This document shows positions 21,012 to 30,174 of a stretch of 64,000 nucleotides of DNA, piece by piece. Origin of the DNA: Thermoplasmatota archaeon (GTDB taxonomy: Archaea > Thermoplasmatota > JAKEGO01). A model generated the notes under the pieces. It did no database searches. It was not told the origin of the DNA and saw only the letters and a program-made list of their open reading frames with translations. The stretch spans positions 32,001 to 96,000 of the forward strand of contig JANQNK010000006.1 in assembly GCA_028279595.1 (NCBI GenBank). Direction: 5' to 3'. Each line of letters begins with the position of its first letter. The first letter of the stretch is position 1. The position numbers were made by a program, and so were the translations under genes.

Positions 21012-21452
21012 GTGGGTACAGGGGGTGATGGAACGACCGCTTTCAACTCCACCATTCGTCTTGAGAGGACCCGAGAGGGGGACATCGTCGACGTCACAGA
21101 GAAGGTAAGGGCCGAGATATCGAAGTCCGGGATAATGAACGGTATCTGCCTCGTCTTCGTAGCTGGCGCAACAGGTGCGATGTCCGTAATCGAGTACGAG
21201 CCCGGCCTTTTGGAGGATTTCCCCGAAGCGCTCGAGCGCCTCGTGCCCAAGGGCCACACGTACCAGCATCACCTCAGGTGGCACGACGGGAACGGCCATT
21301 CCCACGTCAGGGCCACCCTGCTGAAACCGGACATCTCTGTCCCGGTCATCGACGGAAAGGCCAAGCTGGGCCAATGGCAGCAGATCATATTCCTGGAACT
21401 CGACGTGAAGGAGCGGGAGAGGGAGCTCTACGTCCAGATCGTCGGCGAGTGA
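21012..21452 (+). CDS. YjbQ/UPF0047 family protein
   Basis: EYEPGL, HDGNGHSHVRATL, LGQWQQIIFLELD. Confidence 0.92.
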   Translation: MGTGGDGTTAFNSTIRLERTREGDIVDVTEKVRAEISKSGIMNGICLVFVAGATGAMSVIEYEPGLLEDFPEALERLVPKGHTYQHHLRWHDGNGHSHVRATLLKPDISVPVIDGKAKLGQWQQIIFLELDVKERERELYVQIVGE

Positions 21453-21465
21453 ACTCGGATTCATC

Positions 21466-21525
21466 GGACCTAGATGATGATATACACCGCTGATAGTGAT
21501 GACCCCTATGAGTGCTGATAGGTCC
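21466..21525 (+). ncRNA. Box C/D sRNA (2'-O-methylation guide), predicted to target C34 of pre-tRNA-Met
   Basis: GGACCTA terminal stem; C box ATGATGA 21474-80; D' CTGA 21490-93; C' GTGATGA 21496-502; guide CCCCTATGAGTG; D CTGA 21515-18; TAGGTCC closing stem. Confidence 0.9.
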
Positions 21526-21625
21526 CCGTGAGCGGGTCACTGGCACTGCCGGTCGACCCTGGCATCCGTCCTGCCGAGGTTAACTTTATTAATACCCGGT
21601 CCAATCGGCGCCCGGTGTCCATAAT

Positions 21626-22405
21626 ATGTCAAAGGAAGAGGTCTATGGATTGCTTATGCGCGTTCCCGGGATGACCGAGGAACTGGCCGGCAAGGTGTTC
21701 GACGCTGGGTTCACCGACAAGGAGAAGCTCTACCAGGCTGCTGTCGGCGAACTCGAGGTCGTCGAGGGCATAGACTATGCCATGGCCAACAACATCCAGT
21801 CGATCGTAAGGAAGGGTGTGCTCGTAGGCGACGTCACCAAGGATGAAGAGGAGGCCGCCGAGGGCGAGGCAGAGCCCACCGAGGAGAAGAAATCCACCCC
21901 GGTCGACATGATCATGGGTATGATAGCCGGGATAATCGGAGCGATAATGGGCATCATCAAGAAGGTCATCGGGATGGTCACGGGCGGAAAGAAGGAGGCC
22001 AAACCGGCCGCCGAGACACCGACCGAGACCCCTGCCGAACCGGCAGCCCCGGAGGCACCGGCCGAGCCCGCCCCGCCTGTCGAGGAGCCCACTGCGGAAG
22101 AGCCACCGGCCGAGGCACCTCCCGCTGAGACACCAGCACCCGAACCAGTACCGGAACCAGCGCCCGAACCTGTGCAGGAGTCCGCGCCCGAACCGGCTCC
22201 AATGCCTTCACCGACGGAGGGAGATGCTCTGGAAGGCACGGTCGCCAAGATCAAAGGTGCGTTCGACGTCGACGAATCCGCGGCGATGGCCCTGATAGGA
22301 GCAGGTTTCACCGATGTCGATAAGATCAGGTCGGCAGACCTCATCCAGCTCGCCGAGATCGAGGGCATAACGCTTTCGATCGCCAAGAAGATCAAGAGTG
22401 CGTGA
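21626..22405 (+). CDS. Helix-hairpin-helix domain protein with amphipathic helix and Pro/Glu/Ala-rich linker
   Basis: N- and C-terminal HhH-type repeats (AGFTD...L..VEGI / AGFTD...LAEIEGI), central MIMGMIAGIIGAIMGIIKKVIG and a PEP/AEP low-complexity linker. Confidence 0.8.
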   Translation: MSKEEVYGLLMRVPGMTEELAGKVFDAGFTDKEKLYQAAVGELEVVEGIDYAMANNIQSIVRKGVLVGDVTKDEEEAAEGEAEPTEEKKSTPVDMIMGMIAGIIGAIMGIIKKVIGMVTGGKKEAKPAAETPTETPAEPAAPEAPAEPAPPVEEPTAEEPPAEAPPAETPAPEPVPEPAPEPVQESAPEPAPMPSPTEGDALEGTVAKIKGAFDVDESAAMALIGAGFTDVDKIRSADLIQLAEIEGITLSIAKKIKSA

Positions 22406-22411
22406 TCGACC

Positions 22412-23176
22412 ATGATCCCGGACCTTCCGGTTCTCGAAGAACTCTCGAGGGTAGCAAAGGCCCTCTCCCGGAACGGTTGGGCCGAGGCGAATGCCGGCAA
22501 CATATCGGTCCGGGTTCCGGACCTTTCTCCAGAGGAGTTCGACGTCGGACCCTTGATCGAGAGCGACTCACGGTATCCGCTGCTGGCGGGACGCGCGGTC
22601 CTCGTGACGAGGTCCGGAAGCAGGATGCGGGACATCGCCGAGGACCCCAAGAACAACATGATCCTGGTCAAGGTCGAGTACGGTGCCTACTCCATCCTGG
22701 CAGGCGAGGGAAGACCGACGTACGAGATGCCGATCCACCTGTCCGTTCACGATATGCTCCTCACGAGCAGGCCCGAGAACAAGGCGGTCATCCATGCGCA
22801 CCCCACCGACCTGCTGGCGTTCTGTCAGCTCGGGATAAACGACATCTCCGGTACGCTGTACAAGGTCCATCCCGAGGCATATTTCCACGTTCCGGACGGG
22901 ATCGAGGTCGTGGACTACCTCGTGCCGGGATCGGACGAGCTGGCAGAGGCCAGCGTCGCCGCGTTGGAGAGCGCCCATATAGCGGTATGGAACAAGCATG
23001 GAGCGATATCCACCGGAGAGACCCTGTCCGACTGCCTGGATGTCATCGAGATCGTGAACAAGGCCGCCGCCATCTACCTCAGTGCAGTGACCGCGGGAGC
23101 CCACGGGCCGGCCGTCGGACTGTCCGAAGAGGAGATCGAGATCACCCTTGCTGCAAGGGACAGCTTGTCCGAATAG
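22412..23176 (+). CDS. Class II aldolase, rhamnulose-1-phosphate aldolase-like
   Basis: GWAEANAGNIS, TRSGSRMRD, PTYE..IH, VIHAHPT, WNKHG. Confidence 0.85.
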   Translation: MIPDLPVLEELSRVAKALSRNGWAEANAGNISVRVPDLSPEEFDVGPLIESDSRYPLLAGRAVLVTRSGSRMRDIAEDPKNNMILVKVEYGAYSILAGEGRPTYEMPIHLSVHDMLLTSRPENKAVIHAHPTDLLAFCQLGINDISGTLYKVHPEAYFHVPDGIEVVDYLVPGSDELAEASVAALESAHIAVWNKHGAISTGETLSDCLDVIEIVNKAAAIYLSAVTAGAHGPAVGLSEEEIEITLAARDSLSE

Positions 23177-23225
23177 ACAGAGCCACCGCTAACGGATCGC
23201 TCCTCTAACAATTATCTTGATCCAA

Positions 23226-23525
23226 TCAGTATTCGCGCCACGTGTGGTTGCACTTGACGCACTTGTAGATGCGGGTCTCGGGCTCGTCCGCAGCCCTCGT
23301 CTGCCGGATCATCCAGTACGCCTCCTTGTGCTCGCATTTGGGACATTCTATCCGGGTCTTCGGCAGGGTCAAGCCATCCTCGAGGATGAGCATCTCGTTC
23401 TCCTCGACCTCGGACCTGATGACCGTTTCCTCGGTCTTTCCCTTCGAGGCCTTACCGCATTTAGGACATAAGAGCTCCCCTTCCTTGTGGACGAGGAATG
23501 AATTGCATTTCTTGCAGAATGGCAT
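23226..23525 (-). CDS. tfs: Transcription factor S
   Basis: Two Zn ribbons; QTRAADEPETRIYKCVKCNHTWREY with the acidic DE pair. Confidence 0.96.
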   Translation of the reverse strand: MPFCKKCNSFLVHKEGELLCPKCGKASKGKTEETVIRSEVEENEMLILEDGLTLPKTRIECPKCEHKEAYWMIRQTRAADEPETRIYKCVKCNHTWREY

Positions 23526-23584
23526 CGGACCACCGATTATGACCTCTGATATAAATACGTAACCCTAGGTCGAACGTGTTCCGT

Positions 23585-24526
23585 TCAGTCCCTGATACCC
23601 TCTTCCATTACCGTGAAGACAGCCTCTCCCTCGGGGAGGTTGGGTGAATCGATGAGCCGCGCTATCCGCTTTCCGCCCTTCGACTTCCTCAAGTAGATCC
23701 TGAAAGTTGCGGTGTGGCCGACGATATGGCCGCCGATCGGCTTCGTGGGATCGCCGAAGAACATGTCCGGCTTGGACTGGACCTGGTTCGTGACGGCCAC
23801 GAGGGCGTTGTTGAGGTCCGAGAAACGCTGGAGTGAATGAAGATGCTTGTTTAGCTTCTGCTGGCGCTCGGCCAACGCACCCCTCCCTAGGTACTCGGCC
23901 CTGAAGTGCGCCGTAAGGGAGTCTACGATGAGCAATTTGACCGGTATCCCCTCGGCCACCTCCCTCGCCTTGTCGGCGAGGAGCATCTGGTGGTGCGAGT
24001 TGAATGCGCGTGCGACGTGTATCTTCGAAAGGGCTTCCTCGGGGTCGATACCGACGCCGTTGGCCATCTGGACGATCCTCTCTGGTCTGAAGGTGTTCTC
24101 GGTGTCGACCATGATCACATGGCCCTCCATGCCCCCGTCCTCCACGGGGAGCTGGACGTTGACCGCAAGCTGGTGGACGATCTGGGTCTTCCCTGAACCG
24201 TATTCCCCGAAGAGCTCCGTGATGGCCTTGGTCTCGAACCCTCCGCCGAGAAGTGAATCGAGCGCTTCCGAGCCCGATGTGAGCTTGCCGACGAGCTGTC
24301 TCTCCTCCATGACCTCCAGTCCTGTCTGGAAGTTGCCGATGTCCGCCTCCTTCTTGGCCGCCGCGATGATCTTCGCTCCGGCCGCCTCCCCGATGTCCGC
24401 CGCGTTCGAGAGTTCGGAAGGGCTCGTCACGGCCAGCGACATGAGGTCCTTGTATCCTGCGTCCCTCAGCTTCTGGGCTGTCGTGGGTCCGACTCCCGGC
24501 AGGTCTTCGATGCTCGTCTCGTCCAT
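23585..24526 (-). CDS. radA: DNA repair and recombination protein RadA
   Basis: [45 protein letters not shown]; no intein. Confidence 0.98.
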   Translation of the reverse strand: MDETSIEDLPGVGPTTAQKLRDAGYKDLMSLAVTSPSELSNAADIGEAAGAKIIAAAKKEADIGNFQTGLEVMEERQLVGKLTSGSEALDSLLGGGFETKAITELFGEYGSGKTQIVHQLAVNVQLPVEDGGMEGHVIMVDTENTFRPERIVQMANGVGIDPEEALSKIHVARAFNSHHQMLLADKAREVAEGIPVKLLIVDSLTAHFRAEYLGRGALAERQQKLNKHLHSLQRFSDLNNALVAVTNQVQSKPDMFFGDPTKPIGGHIVGHTATFRIYLRKSKGGKRIARLIDSPNLPEGEAVFTVMEEGIRD

Positions 24527-24633
24527 GGCGCTCGAAGGGTCAGTCCGATTATAAGCATTTCGCGGGGGGGTGGATGAAAGTTATCGGGAAAGCATATTAA
24601 CCACTGGGACCATACGGGAACGGGGGGTCGGAA

Positions 24634-25104
24634 ATGCTCTGCGAGATGTGCGGAACGGAGACGGGTTTTATCAAAACAGTGTCGATAGATGGAGCCATGC
24701 TCAGGGTCTGCGACAGATGCGCAAAGTTCGGCACCGAGGTCAAGGCGCCTGCAAGGCCGGTCAAGGCGCAGGGAGGGGTCCCTCGTCCCATCGTAAAGCG
24801 AAAGGAGCGCGACATATACGATGAGATCCAGACCGACCTCGCCGACGACTTTCCGAAGCGGATACAGCGTGCGAGGAACGCCATGGGCCTCAATCAAGAG
24901 GAACTTGGGAAGAAGATCGGAGAGAGGAAGTCGGTGATACAGAAACTCGAGCACGGCGACATGATCCCGACCAACAAGTTGATCGGCAAGCTCGAGCGTT
25001 TCCTCAACATCAAGCTCCGGGTGCCGCGGCGCGAGGAGCACAAGAGGGCTCCGGCCGAAAGACGGCCCGTGACAATCGGCGACCTCATTGACCTCGAAAA
25101 GTGA
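24634..25104 (+). CDS. Archaeal multiprotein bridging factor aMBF1
   Basis: CEMCG...VCDRCAKFG Zn ribbon, XRE-type HTH, C-terminal TIGD. Confidence 0.93.
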   Translation: MLCEMCGTETGFIKTVSIDGAMLRVCDRCAKFGTEVKAPARPVKAQGGVPRPIVKRKERDIYDEIQTDLADDFPKRIQRARNAMGLNQEELGKKIGERKSVIQKLEHGDMIPTNKLIGKLERFLNIKLRVPRREEHKRAPAERRPVTIGDLIDLEK

Positions 25105-25137
25105 AGTTATTTAACGGATGGACCCCCTTCACCGTCG

Positions 25138-27792
25138 ATGACGGAGGACGGTTCCGAATTCTACCGTGAGAACGACTACGCTCGTTTCGAGTGTCCCACC
25201 TGCGGTTCCGTCTACTGGGCCCTCGAGGACAAGGGGACCTGCACTGACGCTCCCTGCAGCGAGTACAGCCTGACGGGCGAGGGTCTTTTCTCTCAGTCAT
25301 TCGGCATGGACGAGATGCGTCAGTGGTTCATAGATTTCTTCGCGGACAGGGGACATGCCCCTGTCGACCCATTCCCCGTTGTCGCACGGTGGCGGGACGA
25401 CGTCTATCTGACCATCGCCTCGATCGCCGCGTTCCAGCCCCACGTCACCTCGGGCGCCGTCCCACCGCCGGCCAACCCGCTCGTCATATCCCAGCCATGC
25501 ATCAGGCTCAACGACCTCCCCTCGGTCGGACGCACCGGCCGCCACGTCACGACCTTCGAGATGATGGCGAACCACGCTTTCAACGAGGAGGAGGAGATCT
25601 ACTGGATAGACCAGACCTTGCGATACGCGCACGAGATGTTCACTTCCCTCGGAGTTCCAGCGGTGGACATCGTCTACAAGGAGAACCCATGGGTCGGAGG
25701 CGGGAACGGCGGCGAGGCTGTCGAGGTGATAATCGGCGGTCTCGAGCTGGCGACCCTGGTCTTCATGCACTACGTCGAGGACCCCGACGGCGAGGTCGAG
25801 CTGAAGGGCCAGCGCTTCTCCCCGATGCCCCGGAGGATCGTGGACACGGGCTACGGCCTCGAGAGGTTCGTGTGGGCGTCATCCGGTGCTCCAACCATCT
25901 ACGACGCGATAATACCCGAACTCGTCGAGGCGCTGGTGGCAGAGGCTGGCGTTGAAAGACCGTCCGACGACCTGCTCCTCAAGTACGTCGCTCTGTATGC
26001 CCTCGAGGTGCCGAGACCAGAGATAGTCGCAAGGCTTTCGGAGCAGTTCGGCATCGAAGCGGACGAACTCGACTCCTCACTCGGTGCCATGGAGGACATA
26101 TACGTCATAGCCGACCACATCCGAACCCTTGTCAGGATGCTCGGCGACGGAATAGTGCCCTCGAACGCCAAGGCTGGATATCTCGCCAGGCTCGTCCTCA
26201 GGCGGGCGGAGAGGCTCCGCATCCAGTACGGCATATCCTCACTATCGCAGCACTCACGTTCAGTGATATCTCGATACATGCCCCAGTACGGTGACTTCGC
26301 CGACAGGATCGTCGAGATCGTCGACCTCGAGGCCGAGAGGTTCGCATCGACCATGGAGAAAGGCCGCAGACTGGTGGAACGCCAGCTGAGCGGTACCGTG
26401 ACCACCGACGACCTCATCCAGTACTACGACACCTACGGGATCGCCCCCGACATCGTGGCCGAGGTCGGAGCGGAGAAGGGGATAACGATCGATGAGCCAG
26501 ACGACTTCCTCGCGGAAGTGGCCGAGCTCCACTCGAGGCCCGAGCCGAAGGAGAGGGCGCAGGTGCGTGACCTTCCCGCGACCACGGCAAAGTACTACGA
26601 GGCACCGTCGTTCGAGTTCGACGCCGTGGTGACCGCCGTCGATGGAGACGATGTGATCCTCGACGTAACCCAGTTCTATCCGGAGGGCGGGGGGCAGCCT
26701 GGTGACGAAGGTTATCTCGAGTCCGGTGGCGGGAGGTTCAATGTCGTGAGGACCGTACGGGAAGGCGCGGCCATCCTCCACACGACCCCCGGACATTCCC
26801 TGAAGGCCGGGGACGCTGTCCACGGCGCCATCGACCCCGAGCGTAGGATGGCCCACGCAAGACATCACACTGCGACACATCTCATCATAGGCGCATCGAG
26901 GAAGGTGCTCGGCAGGCACGTCTGGCAGGCAGGGTCCCAGCTCGACGTCGATGGTGCGAGGCTGGATGTGACCCACCACAGACCCTTGACCGAGGAGGAG
27001 GTCAGGGACATAGAGAGGACAGCGAACATCAACGTCCTCGAGGACATCGAAGTCTCGGTCTCCACGATGCACCGGAACGAGGCCGACAGGGTACATGGCC
27101 ACAGGCTCTACCAGGGCGGACCTCCCGCCGGACCGGACGTCCGGATCGTCGCCCTCGACGACTTCGACGTTCAGGCCTGTGGTGGCACGCACGTGGAACG
27201 GACGGGTCAGATCGGCATGATCAGGATCACAGGGACAGAACGCATCCAGGACGGGGTGGAGAGGATTCACTTCTCGGCAGGCATGGCCGCCCTGGACGAC
27301 GTCGTCCAGGAATCGGAACTGCTCCATAGCGCTGCCCGTGCCCTCAATGTCCAGGTCCCCGAACTCCCCAAGACGGCAGAACGCTTCTTCAACGAGTGGA
27401 AGGACCTCAGGAAGCGGAGCGAGGATCTGTCTGCCAGACTATCATCCGTTCTGTTCCAGCGCGAGGCGGAGACCGCCGAGAGGATAGGCGGGACACCGGT
27501 CATCGTTGCCATGATGGACGAGGACGTGGGACTCGGCCTGGCGAAATACCTCGTCGAGCTCGAGGACCCGGCCGTTGCGGTCATAGGCACCCCCACCGGG
27601 CGGGTGATCGCGGCATCCAACGTTGAGAGCGTCGACGCCAACGGGATCGTCAGGGAGGCAGCCTCCGTGATGGGCGGCGGCGGAGGGGGGAACGCCCGGA
27701 TCGCACAGGGCGGAGGACCTCAGAAGGAGAAGCTGGAGGAGGCCGTGAATGCAGCGGTCGAAGCAGTGCGCAGAGCGATCGGAGGGAGCTAG
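25138..27792 (+). CDS. alaS: Alanine--tRNA ligase
   Basis: RWRDDVYLTIASIA.FQP, DTGYGLER, FYPEGGGQP, HHTATH, QACGGTH, GGGGG. Confidence 0.98.
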   Translation: MTEDGSEFYRENDYARFECPTCGSVYWALEDKGTCTDAPCSEYSLTGEGLFSQSFGMDEMRQWFIDFFADRGHAPVDPFPVVARWRDDVYLTIASIAAFQPHVTSGAVPPPANPLVISQPCIRLNDLPSVGRTGRHVTTFEMMANHAFNEEEEIYWIDQTLRYAHEMFTSLGVPAVDIVYKENPWVGGGNGGEAVEVIIGGLELATLVFMHYVEDPDGEVELKGQRFSPMPRRIVDTGYGLERFVWASSGAPTIYDAIIPELVEALVAEAGVERPSDDLLLKYVALYALEVPRPEIVARLSEQFGIEADELDSSLGAMEDIYVIADHIRTLVRMLGDGIVPSNAKAGYLARLVLRRAERLRIQYGISSLSQHSRSVISRYMPQYGDFADRIVEIVDLEAERFASTMEKGRRLVERQLSGTVTTDDLIQYYDTYGIAPDIVAEVGAEKGITIDEPDDFLAEVAELHSRPEPKERAQVRDLPATTAKYYEAPSFEFDAVVTAVDGDDVILDVTQFYPEGGGQPGDEGYLESGGGRFNVVRTVREGAAILHTTPGHSLKAGDAVHGAIDPERRMAHARHHTATHLIIGASRKVLGRHVWQAGSQLDVDGARLDVTHHRPLTEEEVRDIERTANINVLEDIEVSVSTMHRNEADRVHGHRLYQGGPPAGPDVRIVALDDFDVQACGGTHVERTGQIGMIRITGTERIQDGVERIHFSAGMAALDDVVQESELLHSAARALNVQVPELPKTAERFFNEWKDLRKRSEDLSARLSSVLFQREAETAERIGGTPVIVAMMDEDVGLGLAKYLVELEDPAVAVIGTPTGRVIAASNVESVDANGIVREAASVMGGGGGGNARIAQGGGPQKEKLEEAVNAAVEAVRRAIGGS

Positions 27793-27845
27793 TAGGCAGG
27801 CGGGCTTGACAATGACATTCATCTATCGTACCGGAGTGTTCTGAG

Positions 27846-28733
27846 ATGGACGACGAGACCATCGAGAAGTACAGGGAGGCAGGGCGCATCGCTGCAAAGG
27901 CGCGAGACCTCGGCAGGTCGCTCGTGGTCGAGGGTGCGGGGATGCTCGACGTCGTTGACAAGATCGAGAGGAGCATCACCGACAACGGCGGCGGCCTCGC
28001 CTTCCCAGTGAACCTCTCCATCGACAACGAGGCTGCCCACTTCACACCGCGGACCGCGGATACCGGGGCTGTCTTCAAGAGGGGACAACTAGTCAAGATA
28101 GACGTCGGCGCCCACGTCGACGGGTACATCGCGGACACGGCCACCACAGTGGAGATCGGGACCCACGAGTGGTCGCACCTGGTGAAGGCGTCGGAGGAGG
28201 CCCTCAAGGCCGCCATCGAGACCATCGGAGAGGCGCCCCTGGCGATCGTCGGAAGGACCATCCAGGACACGATCCACGGGTTCGGGTACGAACCGGTGGA
28301 GAACCTGACGGGCCATTCCCTCGACCACTACGAACTCCACGCCGGGATCAGCGTTCCGAACGTCGAGCGCGGCATCGCGGGGACCGTACCACCGGGTACA
28401 GCAGTCGCCATCGAGCCGTTCGCGTCCACAGGTACCGCAAAGGTGTCGGGTAAGGTCCTCGGGAACATCTACATATTCAAGAAGGAGGTCAACCTGAAGA
28501 ACCCGGATGCGACCCAGCTCCAGAGGTTCCTGATGGGAAGACCGGCGCTCCCGATAAGCGAACGCGCCTGCGCCCGAGTATCCAAGAACGTCCAGAAGTC
28601 GCTCGCCATCCTTATGCGCCGGCGGGGCGTCTACGGCTACCCCGTCCTTGCAGACGAGCCCGGTTCCATGGTGTCCCAGGCGGAGCACACGGTCCTCGTG
28701 CTGGACGGCCAGAAGATCATCACGACTAGATGA
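27846..28733 (+). CDS. map: Type II methionine aminopeptidase
   Basis: AFPVNLS.DNEAAHFTP, KIDVGAHVDGYIADTA, NLTGH, AIEPF, QAEHT. Confidence 0.96.
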   Translation: MDDETIEKYREAGRIAAKARDLGRSLVVEGAGMLDVVDKIERSITDNGGGLAFPVNLSIDNEAAHFTPRTADTGAVFKRGQLVKIDVGAHVDGYIADTATTVEIGTHEWSHLVKASEEALKAAIETIGEAPLAIVGRTIQDTIHGFGYEPVENLTGHSLDHYELHAGISVPNVERGIAGTVPPGTAVAIEPFASTGTAKVSGKVLGNIYIFKKEVNLKNPDATQLQRFLMGRPALPISERACARVSKNVQKSLAILMRRRGVYGYPVLADEPGSMVSQAEHTVLVLDGQKIITTR

Positions 28734-28779
28734 CACCGTCCGCAACCCCTATCTATTGGTCATTGCATTCCTCTACCGA

Positions 28780-29244
28780 GTGAAGCCCCATATCATCGAC
28801 AGCAAGTTCCTCGAGAACCCCAGGCCCTTCTTCGTTCAGTCGGCACTCGCGTCGTTGATCATATTCCTCACGCTGCTGATAATGGGCTTCATCAGCCCCG
28901 TGATCGTCGCTGCAATGGGCGCGACGACGTTCATTGTCTTCGCCATGCCAGAGGCCTCCACGGCGGGCGTCCGTTCGATACTCGGAGGCCACATGATCGG
29001 TCTTGCCAGCGGACTCGCGTTCGCATGGTCGCCCTATCCCGTCATCGGCGCCTCCCTGGCCGTCGGAGTGTCCATCCTCCTGATGGTCGTCATGGATGCA
29101 GAGCACCCGCCTGCCGCCGGAACGGCCCTCGGCGTCGCCCTTCTGGGATACAGCGCACCGTCCGTCGTCTTCATCATCGGGGCTGCCTCCCTGCTCGCCC
29201 TGATCCATCGGGGCCTTCGTCGTTGGATGGTCGATCTCGTGTGA
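28780..29244 (+). CDS. HPP family membrane protein
   Basis: AMGATTFIVF.MP, GGH, EHPPAAGTAL; probable GTG start at 28780. Confidence 0.85.
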   Translation: MKPHIIDSKFLENPRPFFVQSALASLIIFLTLLIMGFISPVIVAAMGATTFIVFAMPEASTAGVRSILGGHMIGLASGLAFAWSPYPVIGASLAVGVSILLMVVMDAEHPPAAGTALGVALLGYSAPSVVFIIGAASLLALIHRGLRRWMVDLV

Positions 29245-29353
29245 GCGAATTGTGAATTCAACCTTTATTTGTTATTTATTTCAAGTTGTGCATTAATTTA
29301 CATTTCAGAAATCAATCAGGTCCATGTTTTTCAGTAACTAATATTCATTTCCA

Positions 29354-29440
29354 GATCTAAATGAAGGTGTTCCATAGGGAAATTGTCAGGTACTGGCTCC
29401 TGAATACTCCGATACTTTGGATAGGACTTTCATTTAGATC
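29354..29440 (+). other. Candidate structured RNA/DNA element (15-bp closing stem with three internal hairpins)
   Basis: GATCTAAATGAAGGT pairs with ACTTTCATTTAGATC; internal TTCC/GGAA, TCAGG/CCTGA and TCCGA/TTGGA hairpins. Confidence 0.4.
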
Positions 29441-29547
29441 AGCAACGGAACAGGTGAGACTTAACTTAGAGTATTAATTTATTCAATTAGCAGAAATTCT
29501 TAAGTAGGAAGCAATTTATTTATTGGAGTTGAAATGGAGGCATAGCA

Positions 29548-30171
29548 ATGACGAAATCGAGATTGAGCTCGTCCGTTGACGATGTGATGAAGGAGATCGA
29601 ATCGCTGCAGAAGGAGATACAGAAGGTGGGCAAGAAGGCGTTCCAGGAGGGCGATTACGTCCGAACGAAGCTGCTTATCGAGACATCCGCGAGGATGGAT
29701 TCACTCAAGGAGAAGTTCAACGAGACCGGAAGCGACCTTTCCGACCTCTACGAGGAGGTCGCCGGTCATCTCAAGGCGATACCCGCTGGCAAGACCCGGA
29801 GGACCACCAAGAGGATCCCGCGGGGCAAGAAGACCCCCGAGGAGGACTACAAGATCCCGATCCTCAAGGCCCTGATGGACCTGGACGGTAAGGGCAAGAC
29901 GTCCGACGTACTCGACAAGGTGCACCATCGAATGAAGAACACGCTGAACGAGTTCGACAAACAGCCGGTGCCGTCCGTCCCGTCGCAGCAGAGGTGGAGA
30001 CACACCGCGCAGATCGTCAGGAACAAGATGGTCAAGGAGGGTCTCATCAAGAACGATTCTCCTCGAGGGGAATGGGAGATATCCGCTGCCGGCAAGAAGA
30101 TGGTGGCCCCTAAGAAGTCCACTTCGAAGAAATCCACTTCGAAGAAGACCGACACGAAGAAGAAGAAGTGA
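29548..30171 (+). CDS. Mrr N-terminal-type winged-helix protein with N-terminal coiled coil and Lys-rich tail
   Basis: TPEEDYKIPILKAL...RWRHTAQ..R..MVKEGLI...SPRGEWEIS..G; no catalytic domain; GGAGG SD. Confidence 0.82.
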   Translation: MTKSRLSSSVDDVMKEIESLQKEIQKVGKKAFQEGDYVRTKLLIETSARMDSLKEKFNETGSDLSDLYEEVAGHLKAIPAGKTRRTTKRIPRGKKTPEEDYKIPILKALMDLDGKGKTSDVLDKVHHRMKNTLNEFDKQPVPSVPSQQRWRHTAQIVRNKMVKEGLIKNDSPRGEWEISAAGKKMVAPKKSTSKKSTSKKTDTKKKK

Positions 30172-30174
30172 AGG

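Noticed and set aside
22000-22210. Repetitive CCGGC/GAACC-rich DNA as a repeat array or CRISPR
   Set aside because: Explained by Pro/Glu/Ala low-complexity coding; no constant repeat-spacer period and no cas genes
29354-29440. Cloverleaf as a genuine tRNA gene
   Set aside because: No TTCRA T-loop, no D-loop GG, and wrong stem and loop sizes; kept only as a candidate structured element
29245-29547. AT-rich region as a replication origin
   Set aside because: No cdc6/orc1 nearby, and only poor, unrepeated ORB-like matches (e.g. TTCCATAGGGAAAT) without G-strings
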